Source of the DNA: Candidatus Omnitrophota bacterium | GTDB lineage: Bacteria; Omnitrophota; Gorgyraeia; JAHIPI01 | NCBI GenBank assembly: GCA_016783745.1 | Contig: JADHVZ010000007.1 | Coordinates: forward strand, 259-64,258 | Length of the DNA: 64,000 nt | Direction of reading: 5' to 3' | Part shown: one piece after another, positions 1-8,904 of the stretch | How positions within the stretch are numbered: position 1 is the stretch's first letter | Layout of the letters: every line of letters starts with the position of its first letter | Notes under the pieces: model-generated | The model's database searches: none | The model's input: only the letters and a program-made list of their open reading frames with translations | What the model was told of the DNA's origin: nothing | Made by a program: the position numbers and the translations under genes

Positions 1-76
1 CAAAACACTGCTATCAAGGTACAAAATCAACCTTTTTTTTCTTTAACAATAGACAAAAAAAACAGCCTATTGCTAC

Positions 77-1492
77 TTAAAATTTTCCTAACAGACCAAC
101 CCTCCCGGACTTAATTATAGCTTGATACCCCTGATCTTTACCCAGAGTATTCAATCTGTGCCGATCGAAGGTTATGATGCCATCCCCCTTTTTTAGCCTT
201 AGATTGCTCGGGTTTTTATATAGATTGATATCACCTTTTATATACGTATGCAAATAGAAGAAAATCGATTGACTATTCTCGTTCTCATGGATATATATGT
301 CATTGATTTTGCCAAGATCTTCTTTTATACCTTTTACTGCCTGTACTCTTGGGCTTATAATGACTTTTTCTGTATATCCTGTAATTGATGTAACCGGAAG
401 TATCATAATGAGCAAAAATAGAGGTAAAACCACCATCCTTTTAAATCTAAGTAATTCTTGCAAGACCTCAATATTGTAAGCGATCAGAAGGCTCAGGGCC
501 GGATATATCGGCATAAGATACCAAAATATTTTCGTTTGGATGAAAGAGATTATTAAAAAGTATAAAGAAATCCAAATAATCAGAAATGTGGCGGGCTTAT
601 CTTTCTTTCTAAACAAAAATAAGGAATAAATAAAGGCTATGGATAGCAAGATCAATAATATCCAATGCATCCCTCTCTCGTGAAGCGCGTTGAAATAATA
701 ATACCAGGGCCCAAAATGCCCTTCGATCGGCTTGGTAAATCTTTCAAAAATATCAAACTGAAATTTTCTGACAAAGAAGTCTCTTCCTCTTATAAAACGC
801 AGTATGATCCACGGCAAAGCCACGGCAAAAAAAGCGCTAACGGCGTATTTTGTTTCTCTTGAAAAGACCGTCTTTTTAAAAGATTTAAAATACAAAAGGT
901 ATAATGCGGTAATCACCGGAACTATAAGTATGAGCCCTTTTACTAAAAACCCGAGAGCCATTGAGGCTGCCGCGCCAATAGGTATTGCCAGGTTCTTCTT
1001 TCGTTGCCCCAGATAAAAAAGATAAAGTGACAGAGTCAGGAAAAAGGTGACCATGACGTCGCAATCACCTGTCCTTGCTCCATGATAACCGGTGAAACCC
1101 TTGGCGGTTAAAAGGATCAGGGCGGCATACAAACCAACATATCTATTTTTTATATCTAACCCAAATAAATAAACAATTGCGATCGTTCCTACGCCGAAAA
1201 GCGCCGGCCACAATCTTAAAGCAAATTCATTCGGGCCAAAGATCTTAAAGGAGATCGCGATAAGCCAGGCAGGAAGCGGCCCTTTCACATTCCACATATC
1301 AGGTTTTCCGCCATATTGGAGAACTACCCATTCGCCGGTCTTTAGTATCTCCAACGCATTTTCCGCTCGCCGCGCTTCATCCCAGTCCCATATCGTCGTC
1401 GCGCCCAGTTTATTAAAAATTATCGCTGAAGAGATTATTAAAACCAGCGCCAATAATACTAAAGTAATGATTTTATTTTTTGAAATAGCCAT
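77..1492 (-). CDS. Polytopic membrane glycosyltransferase, GT39/GT83-like (ArnT/PMT family)
   Basis: About 12 predicted TM segments. N-terminal periplasmic loop motif WDWDEARRAENALEI resembles the DE-motif loop of ArnT/PMT lipid-linked sugar transferases. Confidence 0.55.
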   Translation of the reverse strand: MAISKNKIITLVLLALVLIISSAIIFNKLGATTIWDWDEARRAENALEILKTGEWVVLQYGGKPDMWNVKGPLPAWLIAISFKIFGPNEFALRLWPALFGVGTIAIVYLFGLDIKNRYVGLYAALILLTAKGFTGYHGARTGDCDVMVTFFLTLSLYLFYLGQRKKNLAIPIGAAASMALGFLVKGLILIVPVITALYLLYFKSFKKTVFSRETKYAVSAFFAVALPWIILRFIRGRDFFVRKFQFDIFERFTKPIEGHFGPWYYYFNALHERGMHWILLILLSIAFIYSLFLFRKKDKPATFLIIWISLYFLIISFIQTKIFWYLMPIYPALSLLIAYNIEVLQELLRFKRMVVLPLFLLIMILPVTSITGYTEKVIISPRVQAVKGIKEDLGKINDIYIHENENSQSIFFYLHTYIKGDINLYKNPSNLRLKKGDGIITFDRHRLNTLGKDQGYQAIIKSGRVGLLGKF

Positions 1493-1702
1493 ATCTCCAC
1501 TGTTTCGCTTTTAGGTATTACTGTGTTCTTATATCAACTTATTTTAGCACTCCCATCACACACTTTCAATAATAATCAACTCCTGTCCGCTCCATTATAG
1601 AATATGTTTGTAATTTATCATTCTAACAAGTATAATTTGTTGTAGGTCGCAAGCGCGCAGCTAGCACATCCAGGTTATAAAGCGTAACGGGTCTTTAAAT
1701 AA

Positions 1703-1711
1703 TGGTATAAT
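1703..1711 (+). promoter_or_regulatory. Extended -10 element (TGGTATAAT) upstream of the 1732 CDS
   Basis: TGGTATAAT at 1703-1711 lies 20 nt before the ATG at 1732 with no obvious RBS, so the mRNA may have a short or absent leader. Confidence 0.3.
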
Positions 1712-1731
1712 CGCTGTAAAATCTATTCAAT

Positions 1732-3222
1732 ATGACACCCTCATCTAACTTAATTGCCAGGCACGCAGGTACGGTTTCCCATCTACTTCTCCCGATTTTA
1801 TTTATAATCATAATTGTTATGACGGTCCCATTTAATGATGTCCTCGAATACGATTGGGATGAAGGCGGCAATCTGATGAAGGCGTCACTTTACTCGAAGG
1901 GTTATTCGCTTTATGAAGAAATATGGAGCGATCAGCCTCCTCTGCTAACACTAATCTTATCGACTTGGTTCAATCTATTTGGGCCATCAGCATATAAGGG
2001 GCGCCTCTTAATCTTGATCCTATCGGCAATCCTTCTATGGGCCTTTCACCAGACTATTAAGAACCGATGGGGCAACCTCTGCGCCTTCATGGCAGTGTTA
2101 TTCCTGGTTTCTTCCGCTATGTATCTTCAGCTAAGTGTCTCGGTTATGATCGGGCTTCCCGCTCTCGCCTTTGCCATGCTTTCAATTTACTGCGTATCCG
2201 TTTACGGTAAATCACAATCAAACCGCGTATTATTTTTATCCGGTATCTTTATGGCCCTGTCTTTACAGACTAAATTTTTTACCATATTTCTCGTTCCGTT
2301 GATCGCGTTAGAGATCATTCGCATAAAATGGTCCGGCCTAAAAAGTGAGGGACAAAAAAAACATTTGGTATTTCCGGTTCTTGCGTGGCTTGGTATTGTT
2401 TTACTTGCATATTTTTGCATAGCTTTAGCATTTTTAAAGAATTTCGATCATCTGACTCAAGAATTGATCCAGCCTCATACCGCAGCAAAGACATTATTTG
2501 GAAAATTCAACGCTCTACCCGGAATGATATCTCAGGATTATGATATTGCTATCTTCGCTTTGATCGGCGCGGTATTGTTTGTCGCCCAGAAGAAATGGCA
2601 CGCCGTCTTTCCGTTTTTATGGGTAATTTCGGCTTCCGCCATATTACTTACACATAATCCTGTCTGGAATCATCATTATCTTCTTATCTCGATTCCCATG
2701 GCCTGGCTTGCCGGAATCAGTTTTGGCGAGTTATTTCGTATCGGCGTTCAACAGGGCTGGTCTTTGAAACATAAAATACGAGATATAATATATATGATCT
2801 ACCGCTTGTCAGCTATAGCTGTTATGATAGTTCCTATAGCAATATTGCCCGGCAAATTCAAAAAAGCGCATAAAGACCTTACAAATAAGCCGTCTATTCG
2901 GAATAACCAGGTTATCGAGTTACTATTGAAATATAAACAGGACACTCGCTGGGTGGTCACTGACAGTCAATTATTACCATTTCATGCCGGATTATTAGTG
3001 CCGCCGGAATTGGTTTCGACCACCTTAAAAAGGAAATTAACGGGGGATCTGACGCCGGGTTATTTTTTAGAAGTGCTGAAAAAGTATAAACCCGAACAGG
3101 TCCTTCTAAGAAGATACGGATACTATGACCGGAAAATTATGCCTTATATTGAAAAAAATTATTTTAAAGTTCATCATCATAAAGACACGAGACTCTACAT
3201 CCGGAAGGATATCAAAAAATAG
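1732..3222 (+). CDS. Polytopic membrane glycosyltransferase, ArnT/PMT-like (second, divergent copy)
   Basis: Multi-TM protein with an N-terminal loop YDWDEGGNLM analogous to the first gene. It is transcribed divergently from the 77..1492 gene. Confidence 0.5.
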   Translation: MTPSSNLIARHAGTVSHLLLPILFIIIIVMTVPFNDVLEYDWDEGGNLMKASLYSKGYSLYEEIWSDQPPLLTLILSTWFNLFGPSAYKGRLLILILSAILLWAFHQTIKNRWGNLCAFMAVLFLVSSAMYLQLSVSVMIGLPALAFAMLSIYCVSVYGKSQSNRVLFLSGIFMALSLQTKFFTIFLVPLIALEIIRIKWSGLKSEGQKKHLVFPVLAWLGIVLLAYFCIALAFLKNFDHLTQELIQPHTAAKTLFGKFNALPGMISQDYDIAIFALIGAVLFVAQKKWHAVFPFLWVISASAILLTHNPVWNHHYLLISIPMAWLAGISFGELFRIGVQQGWSLKHKIRDIIYMIYRLSAIAVMIVPIAILPGKFKKAHKDLTNKPSIRNNQVIELLLKYKQDTRWVVTDSQLLPFHAGLLVPPELVSTTLKRKLTGDLTPGYFLEVLKKYKPEQVLLRRYGYYDRKIMPYIEKNYFKVHHHKDTRLYIRKDIKK

Positions 3223-3319
3223 GGACAATGGACTTCCCCCAATAAAATGGATAGTTAATTAAACATTCTTTGTTTTTCAAATTCCTCAGGGCTTAAGTAC
3301 CCTAAGGACGAGTGAAGTC

Positions 3320-4700
3320 TTTTTCTGTTATAACAGGACTTTGTTAATTTTTCAGTTTTTTCTTAAACCGTTCTGATTTGATTTTATATAGCGAAGCAGC
3401 GATGTCCTTGTTCTTTGAAAGTAAAAACGCGGAATCAATGATAATGAGCGCCGAAACAGCCTGTTTGCATTGGCCGATTGTTTGAGGCGTTTCTTCCAGA
3501 ACCTTAGAGAGGTAACCGTTCTGCTTAATCAAGTAAGCAAGCGTCCATGTCAGGAATGACATAATCCAGTGTCTTTGGATTTGCTCCTGATGGCGAACCT
3601 GATATTGATCAAAACAGAAGGTATCTTTTAGCTCTCTAAAGGATTCTTCAATGCCCCAACGCAAGAGGTAAGTCATTATAACTGATCTGACAGACATTTT
3701 AAGATCGGTGGTTATGAGCACATGAACGGATTTATCGTCACTATCCGACCATTTGTTAAAGACAAAGATGACTTTAACAGGTGTTTTACAACCTTTGAGC
3801 TTGGAGTTAAAAGAATAAGTGAAAACGCTTTTGTCTTCACCTGTATTTTGAGGTATGCGGACAGCCTTTAATTTATGGGGATAAAATTGTCTAATCAAAG
3901 GTATGATTTCGTCGCAGCAGAGATATCTCCACTGCCTGGTCTGGGGATGGGTAAAGAAGACCGAACGGTTAATCTTAACTTCAGCCACCAAGGATATGTT
4001 CTTGGAGGAGACAAATTCTATTAAGTCTGTAGAGGTGTACCAGCTGTCAACGACTACAGAAGAGAAGGTAATATCTTTCTTTATGGCCTCATCGATAAGT
4101 TCTTTGGCAAGATCGAGTTTGCTTTTAAATTGTTTCGCTTCACAGGTATCAAGGGGCAGGTAAGGTGCTGAGCTTACAGGAAAGTGCTTGGTGTCTGAGA
4201 CGAAACAGCTGGCAACAGCAACATTACAATTTTCCTCTCTGCCTAAAGGAGCGCAGTATTGGAATTTGGCCCCTTCTGTATTTTTGGCATAAGGTTTTGG
4301 ACAGGCTGTATCGTCTATAGCGAGGACACCTTTGCTGCTGGATTTACTAGTTCTTTGCTTCTCTATGAGTTTTAAACGAATATCGTTTAGTTCATCGCAA
4401 TTCCAATTGGACTCCGAGAAGAAATATTGTAATTTTTGATAGGTGAGAGAGGTATTATTCGCGATAGCAGCCAGTGACATCCTTTTGTAATCTGCGAACA
4501 GCGCATAGATAAGCTCTCTGAATACCGACAATTGTGTCTTTGAAAAAACATGGTTGAAATGCACACTCTTCGCGCAATCGTCCGTTTTCACGCTTTAACG
4601 CTGCTATATCATCGTTCTTTCGACCACTTCCAGGGAATACAGTTTCGCCTTGCTCTTTGACCATATTTCTCCAAGTATGTAGGTCGTTTTCTTCGTAATT
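3320..4700 (-). mobile_element. IS701-family insertion sequence (boundaries approximate; terminal IRs not identified)
   Basis: Contains a single DDE transposase ORF. It sits directly next to the tRNA-Arg/palindrome locus. Confidence 0.4.
3344..4591 (-). CDS. IS701-family DDE transposase
   Basis: Motif LAIDDTACPKP...QYCAPLGREENCNVAV matches the IS701 signature (DDTgfpKkG...QYCGtlGKvaNCQVAV). The C-terminal WGIEESFRELK is the conserved E/K region of the IS4 superfamily. Confidence 0.8.
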   Translation of the reverse strand: MKTDDCAKSVHFNHVFSKTQLSVFRELIYALFADYKRMSLAAIANNTSLTYQKLQYFFSESNWNCDELNDIRLKLIEKQRTSKSSSKGVLAIDDTACPKPYAKNTEGAKFQYCAPLGREENCNVAVASCFVSDTKHFPVSSAPYLPLDTCEAKQFKSKLDLAKELIDEAIKKDITFSSVVVDSWYTSTDLIEFVSSKNISLVAEVKINRSVFFTHPQTRQWRYLCCDEIIPLIRQFYPHKLKAVRIPQNTGEDKSVFTYSFNSKLKGCKTPVKVIFVFNKWSDSDDKSVHVLITTDLKMSVRSVIMTYLLRWGIEESFRELKDTFCFDQYQVRHQEQIQRHWIMSFLTWTLAYLIKQNGYLSKVLEETPQTIGQCKQAVSALIIIDSAFLLSKNKDIAASLYKIKSERFKKKLKN

Positions 4701-4702
4701 AG

Positions 4703-4759
4703 TAATTAGGGACGGAGCCTAATTAGGGACGGAGCCTAATTAGGCTCCGTCCCTAATTA
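4703..4759. repeat. Perfect 40-bp palindrome TAATTAGGGACGGAGCCTAATTAGGCTCCGTCCCTAATTA plus one extra 17-bp left-arm copy (REP-like)
   Basis: Read directly from the sequence. The same palindrome recurs at 24150-24188. Here it lies immediately 3-prime of the tRNA-Arg on the minus strand, a terminator position. Confidence 0.9.
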
Positions 4760-4763
4760 AAAG

Positions 4764-4840
4764 TGGCGCGCCCGGGCCGATTCGAACGGCCAACCTGCTG
4801 ATTCGTAGTCAGTCACTCTATCCAATTGAGCTACGGGCGC
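4764..4840 (-). tRNA. tRNA-Arg (anticodon ACG)
   Basis: Reverse complement folds as a 77-nt cloverleaf: acceptor GCGCCCG/CGGGCGC, D-arm GCTC-AATTGGATA-GAGT, anticodon loop CTACGAA (U33, ACG, A37), T-arm GGCCG-TTCGAAT-CGGCC, discriminator G and an encoded CCA. There is one A·C mismatch at position 27-43. Confidence 0.85.
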
Positions 4841-5048
4841 AGATTATTCACTACGCTCGCCCTAGTGCCCCGAGGGGTACGGGCGCAGATTATTCACTAC
4901 GCTCGCCCTAGTGCCCCGAGGGGTACGGGCGCAGATTATTCACTACGCTCGCCCTAGTGCCCCGAGGGGTACGGGCGCTTTTTCTTCTCTGAAACTCCCA
5001 GTGCCCCGAGGGGTACGGGCGCAGATTATTCACTACGCTCGCCCTAGT
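4841..5048. repeat. Tandem array of a 46-bp unit AGATTATTCACTACGCTCGCCCTAGTGCCCCGAGGGGTACGGGCGC (3 perfect copies, 1 degenerate, 1 partial)
   Basis: Copies at 4841-4886, 4887-4932 and 4933-4978, a variant at 4979-5022 and a partial at 5023-5048. Each unit ends in TACGGGCGC, the reverse complement of the tRNA 5-prime nonamer GCGCCCGTA. Confidence 0.9.
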
Positions 5049-5360
5049 CTCTCCGAAGCTGAACGCGTAAGCAATTCAGCGAAGGAGGACGGGCGCGGAT
5101 TTGAATTCTTCCGGTATCAGGCCGCTTAATGAGCCGTGCGGCCTGAATGTATTATATTCCTTTCTCCAGTCTTCAATTGAGGTTTACTACATATTTTTTT
5201 AAGGATTGCTCATGATATTAGTGTTAATAATTATACCTGCTAATTATCAATTAATCAAGTTTAATGAAGTCGCTGATTTCTATTGAACAAAAAGTCCTTA
5301 AGTGGTAAAGTATTTATACTCATAAAATGTAAAAATCCACAAACAAGAAAGGAGTTTGTT

Positions 5361-6101
5361 GTGAAAAAAAGATATGTTATCATATCGATCGTCCTGGCTG
5401 TGAGCCTTTATTGCCTTATGCCTTCCCATGCCACCATCAATACGGAGTTACAGCCCTATATAGACTCTGTGGATCAGGTGCAGAAAGGCATGACTCTGTG
5501 GCAGCTGATCAAAACCGGCGGTTTTATAATGGTCGTACTGGGAGGCATGTCGATAGCCGCTATAGCGAGTATAATATTCAACTTTATGACATTGCAGAAA
5601 ACTAAACTTGCGCCGGATGATTTTACCGAGGATATCATGCAAAAGCTTTCCGGGAAAAAGCATAAAATAGCCGAAGAATTATGCAGATCACAAAACAATA
5701 TCATATCAAAGATCGTTCTTGCGGGCTTGAGCAAAAAGATAAAGGGCGCCGTGGTGGCGCGCGAGGCCGCTGAAACCTGCGCCAGGAAAGAAGTCGCCAA
5801 TCTCTGGCAAAACATCAGCTATCTCTCGGATATAGCGATGGTCTCCCCTATGATCGGACTGCTGGGGACAGTGCTCGGCATGATACAGGCATTCAACGTT
5901 ATCGCGTTTCAGACGGCCGTAGTCAAGCCCATGCTGCTGGCGGGCGGCGTATCCAAGGCTATGGTTACAACAGCCGGAGGCCTCATAGTCGCGATACCCG
6001 CTATGATCTTTTACTCCTATTTCAGAGGCAAGGTCCAGGAAATATCAAATGTGGTGGAGAGCCATTCTTCTGATATTCTAAAAATGATGGAAGAGGTGTG
6101 A
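5361..6101 (+). CDS. exbB: MotA/TolQ/ExbB-family proton channel
   Basis: C-terminal three-TM core MVSPMIGLLGTVLGMIQAF...AGGLIVAIPAMIFYSYF is typical of ExbB/TolQ. Likely start is GTG at 5361, 6 nt after GGAG, followed by a signal-like N-terminus. The ORF track starts earlier at 5283. Confidence 0.8.
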   Translation: MKKRYVIISIVLAVSLYCLMPSHATINTELQPYIDSVDQVQKGMTLWQLIKTGGFIMVVLGGMSIAAIASIIFNFMTLQKTKLAPDDFTEDIMQKLSGKKHKIAEELCRSQNNIISKIVLAGLSKKIKGAVVAREAAETCARKEVANLWQNISYLSDIAMVSPMIGLLGTVLGMIQAFNVIAFQTAVVKPMLLAGGVSKAMVTTAGGLIVAIPAMIFYSYFRGKVQEISNVVESHSSDILKMMEEV

Positions 6102-6102
6102 T

Positions 6103-6525
6103 ATGGCCGTTAATCTTAATATATCGGATTATCAAAAGCAGAAGCCCGCTGTCCAGATAGCCCCTCTTATAGATGTTGTATTCCTGACTTTGATATTCTT
6201 TATGGTGCTTTCGATATTCAATCAGCTGGAATCGGAAATAAGCATAAGTGTCCCTAAAGCGAAAGAATCGAAAGAGACCGTAAGGAGCCCGGGCGAAGTC
6301 ATCATAAACATCAAGAAAGACGGGACTGTCATCATCAATCAAAAAACTCTCTCGTTCGAGGGCTTAGACGAAATGCTTAAGAGGGTATCGACGCTTTTTC
6401 CTGACCAGCCGGTCATAATTCGCGCCGATGAAGAAACTTACCATAAATATGTGGTGAAAGTGCTTGATGCCTGCGCGAGAGCCAACATCTGGAACGTCTC
6501 TTTTGCGACGCTTAAAGAAGAATAG
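6103..6525 (+). CDS. exbD: ExbD/TolR biopolymer transport protein
   Basis: 140 aa with a single TM carrying APLIDVVFLTLIFFMV (conserved Asp) and a periplasmic domain. Translationally coupled to exbB. Confidence 0.8.
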   Translation: MAVNLNISDYQKQKPAVQIAPLIDVVFLTLIFFMVLSIFNQLESEISISVPKAKESKETVRSPGEVIINIKKDGTVIINQKTLSFEGLDEMLKRVSTLFPDQPVIIRADEETYHKYVVKVLDACARANIWNVSFATLKEE

Positions 6526-6537
6526 CGGTTACGGGAT

Positions 6538-8904
6538 ATGATTAAAGGAAAATTATTCGTAATAGTTCTGATTCTAATAGGCAGTATTCGGTTTTGTCTT
6601 GCCCAGTATGCCGCGCCCGAGACAGCTGCCCTTGAGCAGTTTGATTTCGCGACGGGGTTGTTCGAGCGCGGCATGTATAAAATGGCGGGCGATGAATATA
6701 AAAAGTTCATCGACGCCTTTGCCCAAAGCGAACATTTAAAAGACGCTTATTTCGGATTTGCTGAAAGTCTATATTTTCAGAAAAGCTATGATGAAGCATT
6801 GTACGAATACAACAAATACCTGGAACGTTTCTCTACGGCGGATAACCAGATGCTTGTCGTAAAGCTCAGGATCGGCGAGGTGTTTTTCTTTACAGAAAGG
6901 TTCGATGACGCCATAGCGCAGCTTGAATCACTTGAAAGGGAGGATTTCAGAAAAGACCAGATGCAAACTCTGTATTATTATCTGGCAAAGGCGTATAGAA
7001 GGAAAGGTGACGATGAAAAAGCCAGGCCTTATTTTAACAAAGCTGCGGAAATTATCGGCGATAACGAATACGCCTTTAATTCTCTCATCGAGCTCGGAGA
7101 TCTATATGCGGGAATGTCGGAATACGATAAAGCGTTAGAACAATACAGTAACGCCCACGAAAAATCAGACTCAGAAAAAACTAAAAGCTTTTCGCTTTAC
7201 AAGATAGCGGAGACGCAGTTCCTTGCCGGAGACTACCCTGCGTCCATAAACAGCTTTAAGCGGGTGTTATCGGACTATCCTGAAAATGAAATATACTCCG
7301 AGGCACTGAGCAACCTGCTTCTTTCGTTATTTAACACGGAAAAATACGAAGAGCTGATAAAGGAGTATGCCGACCGGCGGCATCTTATCAAAAATGAGGA
7401 TAAATTTTTCAATGTTCATTTTACCGCGTATTCCGCGTATACGGAGATCGGGGATCATGAAAAAGCGCTGTCCGGGCTCGATGGCCTTCTCTCATCCGGA
7501 TGGGTCAGTCAGAAAAATAAAGACAGGGCCGCTTTAAAGAAAAGTGAGATCTTTTTGTCGGCAAAACGCTTCGATGAGGCTATTAAGGAAATCGACGCTC
7601 ACCTCTCAAGTGAAGATGATTATGCCGATAATATCATATTCATCAAGGGAGAGGCGCTTTATGGCGCGGGTGATTTTGAGGGAGCTGCAGCGCAGTTCAA
7701 TAAACTCATAGATGAACACCCCGGCTCCCCATTTGCCATAGATGCCATCTATAGCCTGGCATATGTCCAGAAAAATATGGAACAAAACAAGAGCGCCAGA
7801 GACTCCTTTATGAAATATTACGAAAGATCCAAAGATGGGACAAAGAGCCAGGCGGCGTTGTACAACGCGATCTTGCTTGACTTAAAAGATGAAGAGCTTG
7901 GAAAAGCTGTCAAGGACTGTAAGCTGTATCTATCTACATTCGAGCATGGTAAATACAGAGAAAAGATATTATTCACTCTCGGCTCGGTCTATTCACAGAT
8001 AAAAGATTACGGTAACGCTATCCATATGTATAAAGAGTTCATAGAGGTGTATAAAGGCGGCCCCAAATTGCAGGACGCCTATTTTCGAATTGCTTACGGC
8101 CTTCAGATGTCCGATAAATATGATGAAGCGGTAGAGCATTACGATAAGCTGGAAAAGGATATGAATATAGGTGGGCTTTATTACGCCGCTTTAAAAAACA
8201 AAGTACTGATATATTTTGCTAAAGAAAATAAAAGTAAAGCCGCGGAGGTCTATGATCATATTATAAGCGACTTCCCCGGAAATGACTTAGGCATAGAAGG
8301 GCATTTCTGGCTCGCTAAATACTATTTAGAATGCAGTCGCTTTAAGGATGCTATACGCATATTAGAAAAAACCGGGGCCAGGCCTGACGCCAAAGGCAAC
8401 GAAAAGCAAATAGCGTATTTTAAAGCAGAGGCCTATAAAGAGACAGAAGATTTCAGTAAAGCAATAGAAAATTACGACATAGTCTTCTCTTACGGCGATC
8501 AAGGCGATGTCTATTCAGGCGCTTCACGCATAGGCAAAGGGTTGTGCCTTATAGAGACCGGAGAATATGATAAGGCCAAAGAAGAATTTGATAAAGCAAT
8601 ACTTGAAAATCCGGATGACGATACGATCGTTATGCGGGCTAAATTCGAGATAGCCGGCATTGAACAACTTAAAGGGAATATGGAACAAGCGTATAAGCTT
8701 TATATGATGGTCGCCATACTCTATGATAATGATGAATACAGCCCCAGGTCGCTTTTGAAAGCAGCCGACATATTTCAGGATCTTAAAAAGTTCGCAGAAG
8801 CCAAAAAGGCATACCGGGAGATCATAGACAAATACGGAGAGACCGAGTTCGCCCGCGACGCAAGAAATAGACTACAAGGCATAAGATGGAAATTAAACGA
8901 TTAG
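6538..8904 (+). CDS. Secreted tetratricopeptide-repeat (TPR) protein, 788 aa
   Basis: Signal peptide followed by about 15 TPR-like repeats (AxxYxLA...P patterns throughout). Confidence 0.75.
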   Translation: MIKGKLFVIVLILIGSIRFCLAQYAAPETAALEQFDFATGLFERGMYKMAGDEYKKFIDAFAQSEHLKDAYFGFAESLYFQKSYDEALYEYNKYLERFSTADNQMLVVKLRIGEVFFFTERFDDAIAQLESLEREDFRKDQMQTLYYYLAKAYRRKGDDEKARPYFNKAAEIIGDNEYAFNSLIELGDLYAGMSEYDKALEQYSNAHEKSDSEKTKSFSLYKIAETQFLAGDYPASINSFKRVLSDYPENEIYSEALSNLLLSLFNTEKYEELIKEYADRRHLIKNEDKFFNVHFTAYSAYTEIGDHEKALSGLDGLLSSGWVSQKNKDRAALKKSEIFLSAKRFDEAIKEIDAHLSSEDDYADNIIFIKGEALYGAGDFEGAAAQFNKLIDEHPGSPFAIDAIYSLAYVQKNMEQNKSARDSFMKYYERSKDGTKSQAALYNAILLDLKDEELGKAVKDCKLYLSTFEHGKYREKILFTLGSVYSQIKDYGNAIHMYKEFIEVYKGGPKLQDAYFRIAYGLQMSDKYDEAVEHYDKLEKDMNIGGLYYAALKNKVLIYFAKENKSKAAEVYDHIISDFPGNDLGIEGHFWLAKYYLECSRFKDAIRILEKTGARPDAKGNEKQIAYFKAEAYKETEDFSKAIENYDIVFSYGDQGDVYSGASRIGKGLCLIETGEYDKAKEEFDKAILENPDDDTIVMRAKFEIAGIEQLKGNMEQAYKLYMMVAILYDNDEYSPRSLLKAADIFQDLKKFAEAKKAYREIIDKYGETEFARDARNRLQGIRWKLND

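Noticed and set aside
3290-3343. Palindromic CTGTTATAACAG / TTAATTAA near the IS end as terminal inverted repeats
   Set aside because: These are short self-palindromes, not a matching pair with the opposite IS end, so they cannot define the IS boundaries.
4455-4664. 69-aa ORF with an IS3 OrfA-like leucine-zipper-ish segment overlapping the transposase 5-prime end
   Set aside because: The IS701 transposase ORF is full-length (415 aa) in a single frame, so the small overlapping ORF is most likely spurious.
4841-5048. Possible CRISPR array
   Set aside because: The units are directly contiguous with no unique spacers between them, and there are no cas genes nearby. It is a plain tandem repeat.
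4764-5100. tRNA-targeted integrative element (att site duplication)
   Set aside because: The duplicated segment is the tRNA 5-prime end rather than the 3-prime end, and there is no integrase or recombinase gene in the vicinity.
4911-5129. 72-aa ORF (MPRGVRAQIIHYARPS...)
   Set aside because: It lies entirely within the 46-bp tandem repeat array, so its internally repeated peptide sequence is an artefact of translating the repeats.
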